Below are positions 1-9,931 of a stretch of 64,000 nucleotides of DNA, piece after piece. The DNA is taken from NCBI GenBank assembly GCA_003209585.1, contig QCQJ01000004.1, positions 6,373 through 70,372 on the forward strand, read 5' to 3'. Numbering within the stretch: the first letter of the stretch is position 1; each line of letters opens with the position of its first letter. The stretch comes from Prochlorococcus sp. AG-449-G23. Its GTDB lineage: Bacteria; Cyanobacteriota; Cyanobacteriia; PCC-6307; Cyanobiaceae. Made by a program: the position numbers and the translations under genes. The notes beneath the pieces were generated by a model that worked only from the letters and a program-made list of their open reading frames with translations, was not told the origin of the DNA and did not search any database.

Positions 1-1646
1 AATATTGCATGTTCTACTCCTCCAACATATTGATCTACTGGCAGCCACTTATTAATTTCAATCTTTTCAAATGGCTTATTTGAACATTTTGAAGATGGAT
101 ATCTTAAAAAATACCAAGATGAACACATGAATGTGTCCATAGTATCAGTTTCTTTTCTTGCCGCTATTCCACATTTTGGACATATTGTATTTATCCAATT
201 ATTATTATCACCTAAAGCATTAATCTTGTTAGCCGAGATTTCTATATCATTTGGTAATGAAACAGGTAATTCCAATTGGTTTAAAGGAACAGATCCACAT
301 TTTTTGCAATTAACGATGGGTATTGGACATCCCCAATATCTTTGTCTAGATATTAACCAATCTCTTAAACGATATTGAATCTTATTTTCAGCCCATCCAT
401 TATTTACTCCATCCTCTGAAATTTTTAATTTAGCAATAGTATTTTCTATACCATTGTATTTAGTTGAATTAATAAGATATCCATTTTCTACATAAGCTTC
501 ATCAAGCTCTTTTGTTTGTTCACTTTTATCCTTTATTATTACTTGTTTAATATCAATATTATTTTTCTTAGCAAATTCAAAATCCCTTAGATCATGAGCA
601 GGCACGCCCATAACAGCTCCTGTACCGTATTCATCGAGAACATAACTTGCCACCCAAATAGGAATAGGTTCAGAATTAACTGGATTTATTGCCATTAAGC
701 TAGTTTTGATTCCAATTTTTTCAAGTTCATTATTTTTATTATTTTTCAAATATTGTTTAAGATTTTCTATATTTTGTATGGTTTCTTTATCAGAAATATT
801 TTTAATTAATGAATGATTAACAGAAATTGCTAAATAAGTAACTCCAAATAAAGTATCTGGTCTTGTTGTGAATACAGTTATATTCTTTTCTGGATTGGTA
901 TTGATATTAAAATTAATATTTGTACCAATTGACTTTCCAATCCAATTATCTTGCATTATTTTTACTCGTTCTGGCCAGTTATCTAATTTTTCTAAATCGT
1001 TCAATAACTCATCCGCATAATTTGTAATCCTTAAAAACCATTGCTTTAATAATTTTTTTTCAACTACTGCACCAGATCTCCAAGATTTACCCTCTGAGTC
1101 AACTTGTTCATTTGCTAAAACTGTATTATCTATAGGATCCCAATTAACTTCTGATTCCTTTTGATATACAAGACCTGCCTTGTATAACTCTAAAAATAGA
1201 TATTGTGTCCAAATATAATAATTCTCATCACAAGTTGCAAATTCCCTATCCCAATCAACTGATAGTCCCAAAAGCTTTAATTGTGACTTCATATGAGAAA
1301 TATTTTTTTTAGTCCAGACACTTGGACTTATTCCTCTTTCAATTGCAGCATTCTCAGCAGGCAAACCAAAAGCGTCCCAACCCATTGGATGTAAGACAGA
1401 TTTGCCCTTAAACCTTTGGAACCGAGCTATTAAGTCTGTAATAACATAATTCCTAACATGTCCCATATGAAGATTACCTGAAGGGTAGGGAAACATTGAT
1501 AAGGCATAAAATTTATCGCTATGCTCAGTTAATTCATCGGTTTTGTATAAATTGTTTTCTGTCCATATTGACTGCCATTTATTTTCTATTTCAGATGGAT
1601 TATATAAATTGTTATCAGCCTCATATTGTTTATCGGGAGAAATCAC
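1..1646 (-). CDS. leuS: Leucyl-tRNA synthetase (5' part; runs off the window start)
   Basis: Manual reverse-strand translation from GTG at 1646 gives MISPDKQYEADNNLYNPSEIENKWQ...SMFPYPSGNLHMGHVRNY (LeuRS HIGH-type motif) and GWDAFGLPAENAA. Absent from the ORF track because the stop lies outside the window. Confidence 0.95.
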   Translation of the reverse strand, partial: MISPDKQYEADNNLYNPSEIENKWQSIWTENNLYKTDELTEHSDKFYALSMFPYPSGNLHMGHVRNYVITDLIARFQRFKGKSVLHPMGWDAFGLPAENAAIERGISPSVWTKKNISHMKSQLKLLGLSVDWDREFATCDENYYIWTQYLFLELYKAGLVYQKESEVNWDPIDNTVLANEQVDSEGKSWRSGAVVEKKLLKQWFLRITNYADELLNDLEKLDNWPERVKIMQDNWIGKSIGTNINFNINTNPEKNITVFTTRPDTLFGVTYLAISVNHSLIKNISDKETIQNIENLKQYLKNNKNNELEKIGIKTSLMAINPVNSEPIPIWVASYVLDEYGTGAVMGVPAHDLRDFEFAKKNNIDIKQVIIKDKSEQTKELDEAYVENGYLINSTKYNGIENTIAKLKISEDGVNNGWAENKIQYRLRDWLISRQRYWGCPIPIVNCKKCGSVPLNQLELPVSLPNDIEISANKINALGDNNNWINTICPKCGIAARKETDTMDTFMCSSWYFLRYPSSKCSNKPFEKIEINKWLPVDQYVGGVEHAI

Positions 1647-1753
1647 TTAATTCTTAATTGTTAAATTATTATTTTAATATCCATTGTATAAAATAGAAAT
1701 AGATTGTTAAAAGGAATAATTTATAATTAAAATTTAAAATATATGTTCTACAA

Positions 1754-2614
1754 ATGAAAAATATAACTTTTGAAAAATATCAAGGTAATGGAAATGATTT
1801 CGTAGTAATCGATTCTAGAGGAAACGATTTATTTAAAAATTACAAGGCAAATAAAATATTTGATATAAAAAAAATTTGCAACAGGCAATTTGGTATTGGA
1901 GCAGATGGTGTGATTTTTATAGAAGAACCTAATGAAGATAATTATGCAAAAATGATAATCTTTAATTCTGATGGTTCTGAAGCACAAATGTGTGGAAACG
2001 GAATTAGGTGTTTAGTAGAATATCTCCATGAAAATGATTCAATGAATAATAAAAATATAGAATATAAAATTGAGACTAAAGCAGGTTTAAAAATTGCAAA
2101 ATATATAAATGATGAAATCACAGTAAAAATGGGATTTCCAATTTTAGAAAGTCAAAATATTCCAACAACAATAGAAAAAAAAATCAATTCGATTCCTTCA
2201 CATGAATTTATTGAGAAAAATTTTAATAATTTAGGTTATGCCGTAGGCATGGGCAATCCTCATTTAATATTCTTTGTAGAAGACATAGAGTCAATTGTTC
2301 TTTCCAGACTTGGCCCTATATTTGAAAAAAATGAATTATTTCCAGAAAAAACTAATGTGCATTTTTGTCAAATCTTAAATAGAGATAATATCAAAGTAAA
2401 AGTATGGGAAAGAGGTGCAGGACCAACCTTAGCCTGTGGAACAGGTGCCTGTGCTATTCATGTAGCAGCTTATAAATTAGGTCTTTGTAATTCACAAACC
2501 ATAGTATCTTTACCTGGCGGTAATCTTAAAATTGATTGGTCAAAAGACGATTGTGAAGTCATGATGACCGGTGATGCTAAAAAGGTTTTCTCAGGATCAA
2601 TGTTAGTAAATTAA
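1754..2614 (+). CDS. dapF: Diaminopimelate epimerase
   Basis: KYQGNGNDF, MCGNGIRC, MGNPH and ERGAGPTLACGTG motifs. Confidence 0.97.
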   Translation: MKNITFEKYQGNGNDFVVIDSRGNDLFKNYKANKIFDIKKICNRQFGIGADGVIFIEEPNEDNYAKMIIFNSDGSEAQMCGNGIRCLVEYLHENDSMNNKNIEYKIETKAGLKIAKYINDEITVKMGFPILESQNIPTTIEKKINSIPSHEFIEKNFNNLGYAVGMGNPHLIFFVEDIESIVLSRLGPIFEKNELFPEKTNVHFCQILNRDNIKVKVWERGAGPTLACGTGACAIHVAAYKLGLCNSQTIVSLPGGNLKIDWSKDDCEVMMTGDAKKVFSGSMLVN

Positions 2615-3786
2615 TGGAAAATAATTTTATCTATTTAGATAATGCATCCACAACTCCATTATCTGAGAATGTTTTAAATATAATAAATTCAACTTATAGA
2701 TATTATTGGCATAACCCTTCATCTACGTATGAGCTAGGGATAAAATGCTCTACATATCTTGAAAAAATTAGATCTAAAATTGCTTATATATTTGAAGCAG
2801 ATCCAGAGGATATAATTTTTACATCTGGTTCTTCGGAATCAACAAATATTGTATTTAATAATATTTATGAGAAATTTAAAAATGGTAGAGTTGTCATTTC
2901 GAATGTTGAACATCAAGCAACAACTATATGTGCTAATAAATTAAGAAAACAAAATTGGGATATTTACGAATGGACTGTAAATAATGATGGAATTTTAAAT
3001 ATTTCTAATATCAATAAAATTTTAAACAATGAAATTAAGCTTTTATCAATTATTTGGGGACAAAGTGAAATTGGGACAATACAACCTGTTCAATTTATAG
3101 GTTCCAAATGTAGAGAATTAAATATAATGTTTCATTTAGATGGAACTCAAATATTAAGCAATGGAATATTCAGTTGGAAAGATCTAAAATGTGATTTTTT
3201 AAGTTTATCTGCTCATAAATTTGGAGGTCCAAAAGGTATTGGTATTCTTTTAACAAAAGAAAAGTCTAGACAAATTTTAAAGAATAAAGACATATCACTT
3301 ACTCAAGAATTTTCAATTAGACAAGGTACACAAGCTTTGCCATTAATCGCTGGAATGTATGAATCATTAAAGAATATTAAAGGAAAAATAAAATTATATG
3401 ATTACAGAACTGAATTTCCTTCAAACAATGTTGATAAACTTAAAAATTATTTTTTTCAAAAAATTAAAGATAATAATCATATAAAGATTACGGGTAGTAT
3501 TAAACATAGACTTCCCAATCATATTTCGTTCCTACTATTAAATAAACTATTTGAGCCAATAAGGGCCTATAAGATTGTTAATTACATGTCAGAAAATAGA
3601 ATAGCTATAAGCAGTGGAAGTGCTTGTTCAAGCTCATCTGGTAAACCAAGCTCAACACTTAAAAATATTGGTTTAAAAGATGATGAACTATATTCAAATA
3701 TTCGTGTTACTTTAGGTTCAATAAACAATAAGTCAGAAATAGATAAATTTTTAGAACTTATTCAAATATGTATTAACAAATTTTAA
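2614..3786 (+). CDS. Cysteine desulfurase (NifS/IscS family, class V aminotransferase)
   Basis: YLDNASTT, FTSGSSES, PLP-lysine motif SAHKFGGPKG, catalytic Cys in SSGSACSS. Confidence 0.9.
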   Translation: MENNFIYLDNASTTPLSENVLNIINSTYRYYWHNPSSTYELGIKCSTYLEKIRSKIAYIFEADPEDIIFTSGSSESTNIVFNNIYEKFKNGRVVISNVEHQATTICANKLRKQNWDIYEWTVNNDGILNISNINKILNNEIKLLSIIWGQSEIGTIQPVQFIGSKCRELNIMFHLDGTQILSNGIFSWKDLKCDFLSLSAHKFGGPKGIGILLTKEKSRQILKNKDISLTQEFSIRQGTQALPLIAGMYESLKNIKGKIKLYDYRTEFPSNNVDKLKNYFFQKIKDNNHIKITGSIKHRLPNHISFLLLNKLFEPIRAYKIVNYMSENRIAISSGSACSSSSGKPSSTLKNIGLKDDELYSNIRVTLGSINNKSEIDKFLELIQICINKF

Positions 3787-4412
3787 TGGAAACCAATTAC
3801 AGACTACCTAAAGATTTAAATGAATCACTTAAGAATATGGAGGATGCAATTATTCCAAGTTTTTTAGATTCAAATAAAAGATTTACTATAGAATTTAATT
3901 TTGAAGGATTGAAGTTTAACAGAATTGGAATAACTATCTATAAGATATTGTCTAAAAATAATAATGTATTCATAACATTTGCTGATCAAGGTGCTGTGGC
4001 TTTGGCTCAAAGAGACTATCCAGATATCAAAGATAAAATCTTTACTTTTAAATCATTTAATGAATCAAATAATATAAATACTATTGATAGTGCAATGATA
4101 TCGATACTACCTCAGCCATATGATTTCGATTCATTTGAACCAATGTCTGATAATTATCAAGGAACGCATTATTCATTAAATCCAAAATTTGAAGATGCCA
4201 ATATTGGTATAGGAAGTGTTATTAGAGAGCGACGTAAAAACTTTGTCAAAACATGGAAAAATATTTATTTTCTTCAACCTTTAAATAAAGCTGCTCTTAT
4301 GCATATTTATCCAAATAACTGGTTGCTTTTCAAAGAAGAAAATAAAAGATATTTTTTTAAAAAGGAATTTGAAATTAAACCCGACAATGAATCTATTTTT
4401 GTAAATTTATAG
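3786..4412 (+). CDS. DUF1995 family protein
   Basis: FADQGAVALAQRD and NPKFEDANIGIG segments recalled from this cyanobacterial/plant family. Confidence 0.7.
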   Translation: METNYRLPKDLNESLKNMEDAIIPSFLDSNKRFTIEFNFEGLKFNRIGITIYKILSKNNNVFITFADQGAVALAQRDYPDIKDKIFTFKSFNESNNINTIDSAMISILPQPYDFDSFEPMSDNYQGTHYSLNPKFEDANIGIGSVIRERRKNFVKTWKNIYFLQPLNKAALMHIYPNNWLLFKEENKRYFFKKEFEIKPDNESIFVNL

Positions 4413-4413
4413 A

Positions 4414-5637
4414 TTGAATGTGATAAAAAAAATTAATTCATTTTTCTTAATTGTTCTTGTATTAGTAACATCTCCTTTCCTAATAAGATATTTACTATCA
4501 AATCAGAAAATAACTATTCTAAATAGTATTTATTTTTATTTCCCGGGAATAATTACTAAAAACAAAATATGTCCTACTTATGATGCTTTATTGAATCAAA
4601 CGCTTGATGATTCTTTTAGTGTATCAATTATTAATAATAAAGGGGAAATAATAAGTTCCTACAATGAGGATGTTCCAAGGTTGCCAGCATCTAATCAAAA
4701 ATTATTCTCATCAGCTTATGTTTTAAGTAAATATAAATTAAATAATAATTTAAAAACTTCCTTATATAAAAATAAAAACGATTATTATTTACACGGTCAA
4801 GGTGATCCAGACCTTAATTATGATCATATAATCGAACTACTTTCAAATGTTATAGAAAATAAAATTATTAACTTTAATATTGTAGAAATTGATTCAAAAT
4901 TATATTGGCCTAATGGTTGGACAAATACTGATAAACTTTACGAATATGGATCTCCAATTACATCTCTTGCAATAGAAAGTAATCACAATAAATATGATGA
5001 TATTTATGCATTAAAAAATTTTATTAAAAATTATTTAAATAATAAATTTCCAAATTCAAAGATATATATAGATTTTTTTGATTCAGAAAAAACTTTTTAT
5101 TTAAAAAATATTAAAGAGATAAATAAAATATATTCTACTCCAATTCTTTCATTATTAACTCTAACAAATTCTGAAAGTCATAATTTTACAGCTGAATCTC
5201 TCTTTAAAAATGCCTCAAATACATGGAACGATAATGACTATAAAAAATTGAAAAGATGGCTTGAAATTAAGGGCCTCCCAGCAACTAATGCATACTTTGC
5301 AGATGCTAGTGGATTGTCTCGAAAAAATAAAATTACAACAAAGTTAGTTGTATTGTTTTTAGATAAAATGAGATATTTTAATGATTTTAAAGCATATCAA
5401 TCTACACTTTCAATTACGGGAGTAAGAGGAACATTAGCTAAAAGATTTGTAAATAGTGATTTATCTGGAAAGTTTATTGGGAAAACTGGGACTCTTTCAA
5501 ATGTATTTGCATTATCTGGCTTTTTATATAAAAATGAAAAGCCAATAATTATAAGTATTATCCAAAATTCTAATAAAATTGATAAAGAAAAAGCTTTTAA
5601 ATTGTTACGTGATCTTTATTACTTGAAATCTTGTTAA
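4414..5637 (+). CDS. dacB: D-alanyl-D-alanine carboxypeptidase/endopeptidase (PBP4, peptidase S13)
   Basis: SxxK (PASNQKL), SxN (SHN), DASGLSR and KTGTL motifs; N-terminal hydrophobic anchor. Confidence 0.9.
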   Translation: MNVIKKINSFFLIVLVLVTSPFLIRYLLSNQKITILNSIYFYFPGIITKNKICPTYDALLNQTLDDSFSVSIINNKGEIISSYNEDVPRLPASNQKLFSSAYVLSKYKLNNNLKTSLYKNKNDYYLHGQGDPDLNYDHIIELLSNVIENKIINFNIVEIDSKLYWPNGWTNTDKLYEYGSPITSLAIESNHNKYDDIYALKNFIKNYLNNKFPNSKIYIDFFDSEKTFYLKNIKEINKIYSTPILSLLTLTNSESHNFTAESLFKNASNTWNDNDYKKLKRWLEIKGLPATNAYFADASGLSRKNKITTKLVVLFLDKMRYFNDFKAYQSTLSITGVRGTLAKRFVNSDLSGKFIGKTGTLSNVFALSGFLYKNEKPIIISIIQNSNKIDKEKAFKLLRDLYYLKSC

Positions 5638-5645
5638 TAAAAATA

Positions 5646-6119
5646 TTATTTAAAATATTCTTTTAAATCCCTCTCAACAGAGGGGGGTACCATGTGACTA
5701 ATTTCACCACCAAATTTTGCAACTTCTTTTACTAAAGAACTACTAAGAAAACTATAATTTGTATTTGTCGATAAAAATATAGTTTCAATATCATTATTAA
5801 GAGATTTATTTGTATGAGCAATCTGAAGTTCATACTCAAAATCACTCATTGCTCTTAAGCCTCTAAGAATAAGATTAGCTTTTAGATCATTTGCACAATC
5901 AACAGTTAGGCCAGAATAAGAAATAACTTCAATATTAGGTAAATGAGAAAGAGAATTTTTTATTTGTATAATTCTTCTTTCAAGATTAAATGTTGGTGTT
6001 TTAGAAGTATTTTCTAAAACAGCAACTACTAGATTACCAAATATTTTTTCTGCCCTTTCTATTAAATCAAGATGACCGTTTGTTAAAGGATCAAATGTAC
6101 CTGGATAAAGAATTTTCAT
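5646..6119 (-). CDS. coaD: Phosphopantetheine adenylyltransferase
   Basis: [31 protein letters not shown]. Confidence 0.97.
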   Translation of the reverse strand: MKILYPGTFDPLTNGHLDLIERAEKIFGNLVVAVLENTSKTPTFNLERRIIQIKNSLSHLPNIEVISYSGLTVDCANDLKANLILRGLRAMSDFEYELQIAHTNKSLNNDIETIFLSTNTNYSFLSSSLVKEVAKFGGEISHMVPPSVERDLKEYFK

Positions 6120-6178
6120 GAATTTATTATGATCGAATAAGAAATTTAGTTAAAATAATATTATTAGATAAATCAATT

Positions 6179-6667
6179 ATGACATTAAATCTAGAAGCAA
6201 AAAAAATCTTATTAAGAAAAATACCTCACGGATTATTTATTTGTGGTGTTAGAGACGAGGATAAAAATGAAGTGAATGGATTTACTGCAAGTTGGGTGAC
6301 TCAAGGTTCCTTCACCCCACCATTAGTTGTAATGGCTGTTAGAGCAGAAGGTTCTAGTCATGAAATAATAAAGTCCACCAATAAGTTCTCAATAAATGTG
6401 CTCAAAAGTGATCAAAAGGATCTAGCAGCTGTTTTCTTTAAACCTCAAAAAGCATTAGGAGGTAGATTTGAATCTGTTGAATTTAATTTAGGTGAGCTTG
6501 GATTGCCTATTTTAGTTGATAGTGTTGGTGGAGTTGAATGTAATGTTGTTGGAAGTGTTATGTATGGAGACCATACCGTATTTGTAGGAGAGGTTCAATC
6601 TGCTTATCTGAATAATGATGTTGACTCACTAAATTTATCTTCAACTGGCTGGAATTATGGAGGGTAA
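6179..6667 (+). CDS. Flavin reductase-like (flavoredoxin) protein
   Basis: NGFTASW..SFTPPLV and GDHTVFVGEV motifs. Confidence 0.88.
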   Translation: MTLNLEAKKILLRKIPHGLFICGVRDEDKNEVNGFTASWVTQGSFTPPLVVMAVRAEGSSHEIIKSTNKFSINVLKSDQKDLAAVFFKPQKALGGRFESVEFNLGELGLPILVDSVGGVECNVVGSVMYGDHTVFVGEVQSAYLNNDVDSLNLSSTGWNYGG

Positions 6668-6676
6668 CCATTATAA

Positions 6677-8635
6677 ATGAGTAATTCCTCTATCGAAAAA
6701 ATAGATAACAAATATAATTTTAAAATTGAATATAAATTAATTAATAATAAGGAGTTATTAAAATCAAGATTATCCGAAATTCCAAAGTCATCTGGTTGTT
6801 ATCTTTTTAAAGATATTGATAATAACTTACTTTATATCGGTAAATCTAAAAAACTACGCAGTAGAGTAAGCAGTTATTTCAATAATTATTCAGATTTAAC
6901 TCCCAGATTAAGTTTGATGGTTCGTCAAATAACTGAAATAGAAATAATAGTCACAGATAGCGAATATGAAGCATTAAATTTAGAGTCAAATTTAATTAAA
7001 ACAAACAAACCATACTTTAATATTCTTTTAAAGGATGATAAGAAATATCCATATCTTTGTATAACTTGGAGTGAAAAATATCCTCGAATATTTATTACAA
7101 GAAGAAGGAGAAATAGAAATAATTTAGATAGATATTATGGACCTTATGTTGATGTCGGATTATTAAGGAGAACATTATTTACGATAAAAAAAATATTTCC
7201 ACTTAGACAAAGACCAAGGCCTGTCTATAAAGATAGAACTTGTTTGAATTATTCAATAGGAAGATGTCCAGGTGTTTGCCAAGAAGTTATATCATCTGAC
7301 GATTATAAAAAAATAATGAAACATGTATCTATGATATTTCAAGGAAGAAATGATGACTTAGAAATATTTTTACAAAAAAAAATGCTTCAATTTTCAAATG
7401 ATTTAGATTATGAGAATGCAGCAAAAATAAGGGACCAAATTTCAGGTTTAAAATTATTAACTGAATCACAAAAAATATCAATACCAGATTCTTCAATTAA
7501 TAGAGATATCTTTGGAATAGTTTCAGAAAAAAATGTAGCTAGTATACAAATTTTCCAAATGAGATCTGGTAAGCTCATTGGGAGGATTGGCTATAGTCAA
7601 AAATTAAATAATGAAGATGAAAATTTTATTCTACAAAAGATCTTAGAAGAGCATTATATGAATGTTGAAGCTGTAGAAATACCATCAGAAATTCTTATTC
7701 AATATAACCTTCCAAAACAAGCAACCATAGAGGATTGGTTAACGGATCTAAGAAAAAAGAAAGTAAAAATCTTAATCCCAAAAAGGAATAAAAAACATGA
7801 AACTGTAGAAATGGTTTTAAAAAATGCGAAATTGGAATTAGAAAGAATATTAAATGGGATACAAGATAATGAATCATCAATTGAGGATCTTGCCCAAATA
7901 CTTGAATTAAGCGAACAACCTAAAAGAATCGAAGGTTATGATATAAGCCATATTCAAGGTAGTGACCCTGTAGCATCACAAGTCGTTTTTATTGATGGGA
8001 TTCCTTCTAAACAGCATTATAGGAAATATAAAATTAAAGATCCAAACGTTTTTATAGGACATAGTGATGATTTTGCTTCGATATATGAAGTAATACACAG
8101 AAGGTTTAAAAAATGGTCAAGATTTAAAAATAGTGGAGGGGATTTTTCGATATTAAATGATAAAACTAATAGTAAATTAGACAATGAACTTCTATCAGAT
8201 TGGCCTGATTTAATAATGATTGATGGAGGAAAAGGACAGTTAAATGCAGCTATTAAAGCATTAAAAGAATTAAATCTTGAGGAAGAAGTAACTATATGTT
8301 CATTAGCAAAAAAAAATGAAGAAATATTTATTCCAGGCTTTACTAAGTCTCTTGATACTGATGAAAATCAAAAAGGTGTTCTTCTGTTAAGAAGAGTAAG
8401 AGATGAAGCGCATAGATTTGCATTATCCTTTCATAGAGACAAAAGATCTAAGAGAATGAATAGATCTCAATTGTCCCAAATCAGTGGATTAGGACCATCA
8501 AGAATAAGAGAATTGCTTGAGCATTTTAAATCAATAGACGCGATAAGAATAGCGAGTAAAGAGGATTTATCAAAAGTTAAAGGACTTGGAAAAAATTCAG
8601 TAAATGATATATATGAATATTTTAATGAGTTATAA
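6677..8635 (+). CDS. uvrC: Excinuclease ABC subunit C
   Basis: GIY-YIG domain (GCYLF..LYIGKS), RIEGYDISH, IDGGKGQL, RDEAHRFA, C-terminal HhH pair. Confidence 0.97.
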   Translation: MSNSSIEKIDNKYNFKIEYKLINNKELLKSRLSEIPKSSGCYLFKDIDNNLLYIGKSKKLRSRVSSYFNNYSDLTPRLSLMVRQITEIEIIVTDSEYEALNLESNLIKTNKPYFNILLKDDKKYPYLCITWSEKYPRIFITRRRRNRNNLDRYYGPYVDVGLLRRTLFTIKKIFPLRQRPRPVYKDRTCLNYSIGRCPGVCQEVISSDDYKKIMKHVSMIFQGRNDDLEIFLQKKMLQFSNDLDYENAAKIRDQISGLKLLTESQKISIPDSSINRDIFGIVSEKNVASIQIFQMRSGKLIGRIGYSQKLNNEDENFILQKILEEHYMNVEAVEIPSEILIQYNLPKQATIEDWLTDLRKKKVKILIPKRNKKHETVEMVLKNAKLELERILNGIQDNESSIEDLAQILELSEQPKRIEGYDISHIQGSDPVASQVVFIDGIPSKQHYRKYKIKDPNVFIGHSDDFASIYEVIHRRFKKWSRFKNSGGDFSILNDKTNSKLDNELLSDWPDLIMIDGGKGQLNAAIKALKELNLEEEVTICSLAKKNEEIFIPGFTKSLDTDENQKGVLLLRRVRDEAHRFALSFHRDKRSKRMNRSQLSQISGLGPSRIRELLEHFKSIDAIRIASKEDLSKVKGLGKNSVNDIYEYFNEL

Positions 8636-8723
8636 ATATTAATTAATTTTTGAAAAATAGATTTCTTGATATTGTTAAATATAACTATATTAAAAATATA
8701 TATTTTTAAATTAATCTAGTAAT

Positions 8724-9290
8724 TTGGCAGCTGAAGCATATCTCTGGTTTAAATCACTTCACATTATTGGTGTAATCGTTTGGTTTGCGGGACTTTTTTA
8801 TTTAGTAAGACTTTTTATATATCATGAAGAATCTAAAAATATGGATAATGAATTAAAAATTGCCTTTAATAAACAATACACCTTGATGGAAAAAAGGCTG
8901 GCGAATATAATCACAACACCTGGGATGATATTAGCTTTAAGTATGGCTATATGCATGGTTATTATGCAACCAAGTTGGTTAAGTGAGAAGTGGTTGCAAA
9001 TTAAAATTTCCTTTGTTTTAGGATTAGTAATTTATCATTCTTATTGTTACAAAATAATGTATTCATTACAAAATGGTACTTCAACCATTTCAGCTAAAAA
9101 CCTTAGATTATTAAATGAATTGCCTACTTTATTATTATTTATAATTGTACTTTTAGTTATTTTTAAAAATAATTTTCCAACTAGTGTTGCTACATGGAGC
9201 ATAGTTGGATTAATTATTTTCATGTTGGCTTCAATACAATTATATGCAAAGATTAGAAAGAAAAATGAGAATTCATTAAGTAATGAATAG
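8724..9290 (+). CDS. hemJ: Protoporphyrinogen IX oxidase HemJ
   Basis: WFKSLHII..WFAGLFYLVRLFIYH and NELPT motifs. Confidence 0.93.
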   Translation: MAAEAYLWFKSLHIIGVIVWFAGLFYLVRLFIYHEESKNMDNELKIAFNKQYTLMEKRLANIITTPGMILALSMAICMVIMQPSWLSEKWLQIKISFVLGLVIYHSYCYKIMYSLQNGTSTISAKNLRLLNELPTLLLFIIVLLVIFKNNFPTSVATWSIVGLIIFMLASIQLYAKIRKKNENSLSNE

Positions 9291-9930
9291 GGAAGACTTA
9301 GTAAAATTAACTTCCAATATTAATAAAAATAGTTGTCCTAAAAATATTAATTTTCACTGTCATACAAAATTTAGTGATGGAAGTCTAGAACCATATGAAC
9401 TTTTAGAACAAGCTTATAAAAATAACTTGAAATTTTTATCAATAACCGATCATCATACAATTAAAGCTCATGAATATATAAAAAAAAATAATATACTCAA
9501 AAATTATCCTAAAAATTCATTTACATTAATTTCGGGAATAGAAATTAATTGTTTAATTTTAGGATGTTTAGTACATGTAATTGGATTGGGAATAGACATA
9601 AAAAGTAAATACCTAAATCCCTACATCCTTGGAGAGTCTCCAATAGGTAATGATTTAAATATTAAATCAGTTACTAAAGCAATAAATTTATCTGGTGGTT
9701 TATCATTTCTAGCACATCCAGCGAGATACAGGATTCCTTTTTATAAATTAATTCCAGAGGCCAAAATACAAGGGATTGATGGAATAGAAGTTTGGTACGA
9801 TTATGAACTTAATGAAGTATGGAATCCTAGTTTATTTGTATGTTCAGAAATAGATAAATTGGCAGATAAATATTCAATGCTAAAAACATGCGGAACAGAT
9901 AGTCATGGACTTTCGCTATTAGGTAGATAA
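9283..9930 (+). CDS. PHP-domain metal-dependent phosphoesterase
   Basis: HCHTKFSDG, ITDHH, GIEI, AHP and GTDSHG motifs. Confidence 0.9.
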   Translation: MNREDLVKLTSNINKNSCPKNINFHCHTKFSDGSLEPYELLEQAYKNNLKFLSITDHHTIKAHEYIKKNNILKNYPKNSFTLISGIEINCLILGCLVHVIGLGIDIKSKYLNPYILGESPIGNDLNIKSVTKAINLSGGLSFLAHPARYRIPFYKLIPEAKIQGIDGIEVWYDYELNEVWNPSLFVCSEIDKLADKYSMLKTCGTDSHGLSLLGR

Positions 9931-9931
9931 T

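Noticed and set aside
127-378. Plus-strand 83-aa ORF and the other antisense ORFs inside cobN, metH, pheT, ftsH, mfd and similar genes
   Set aside because: Shadow ORFs on the opposite strand of well-supported genes, with no motifs.
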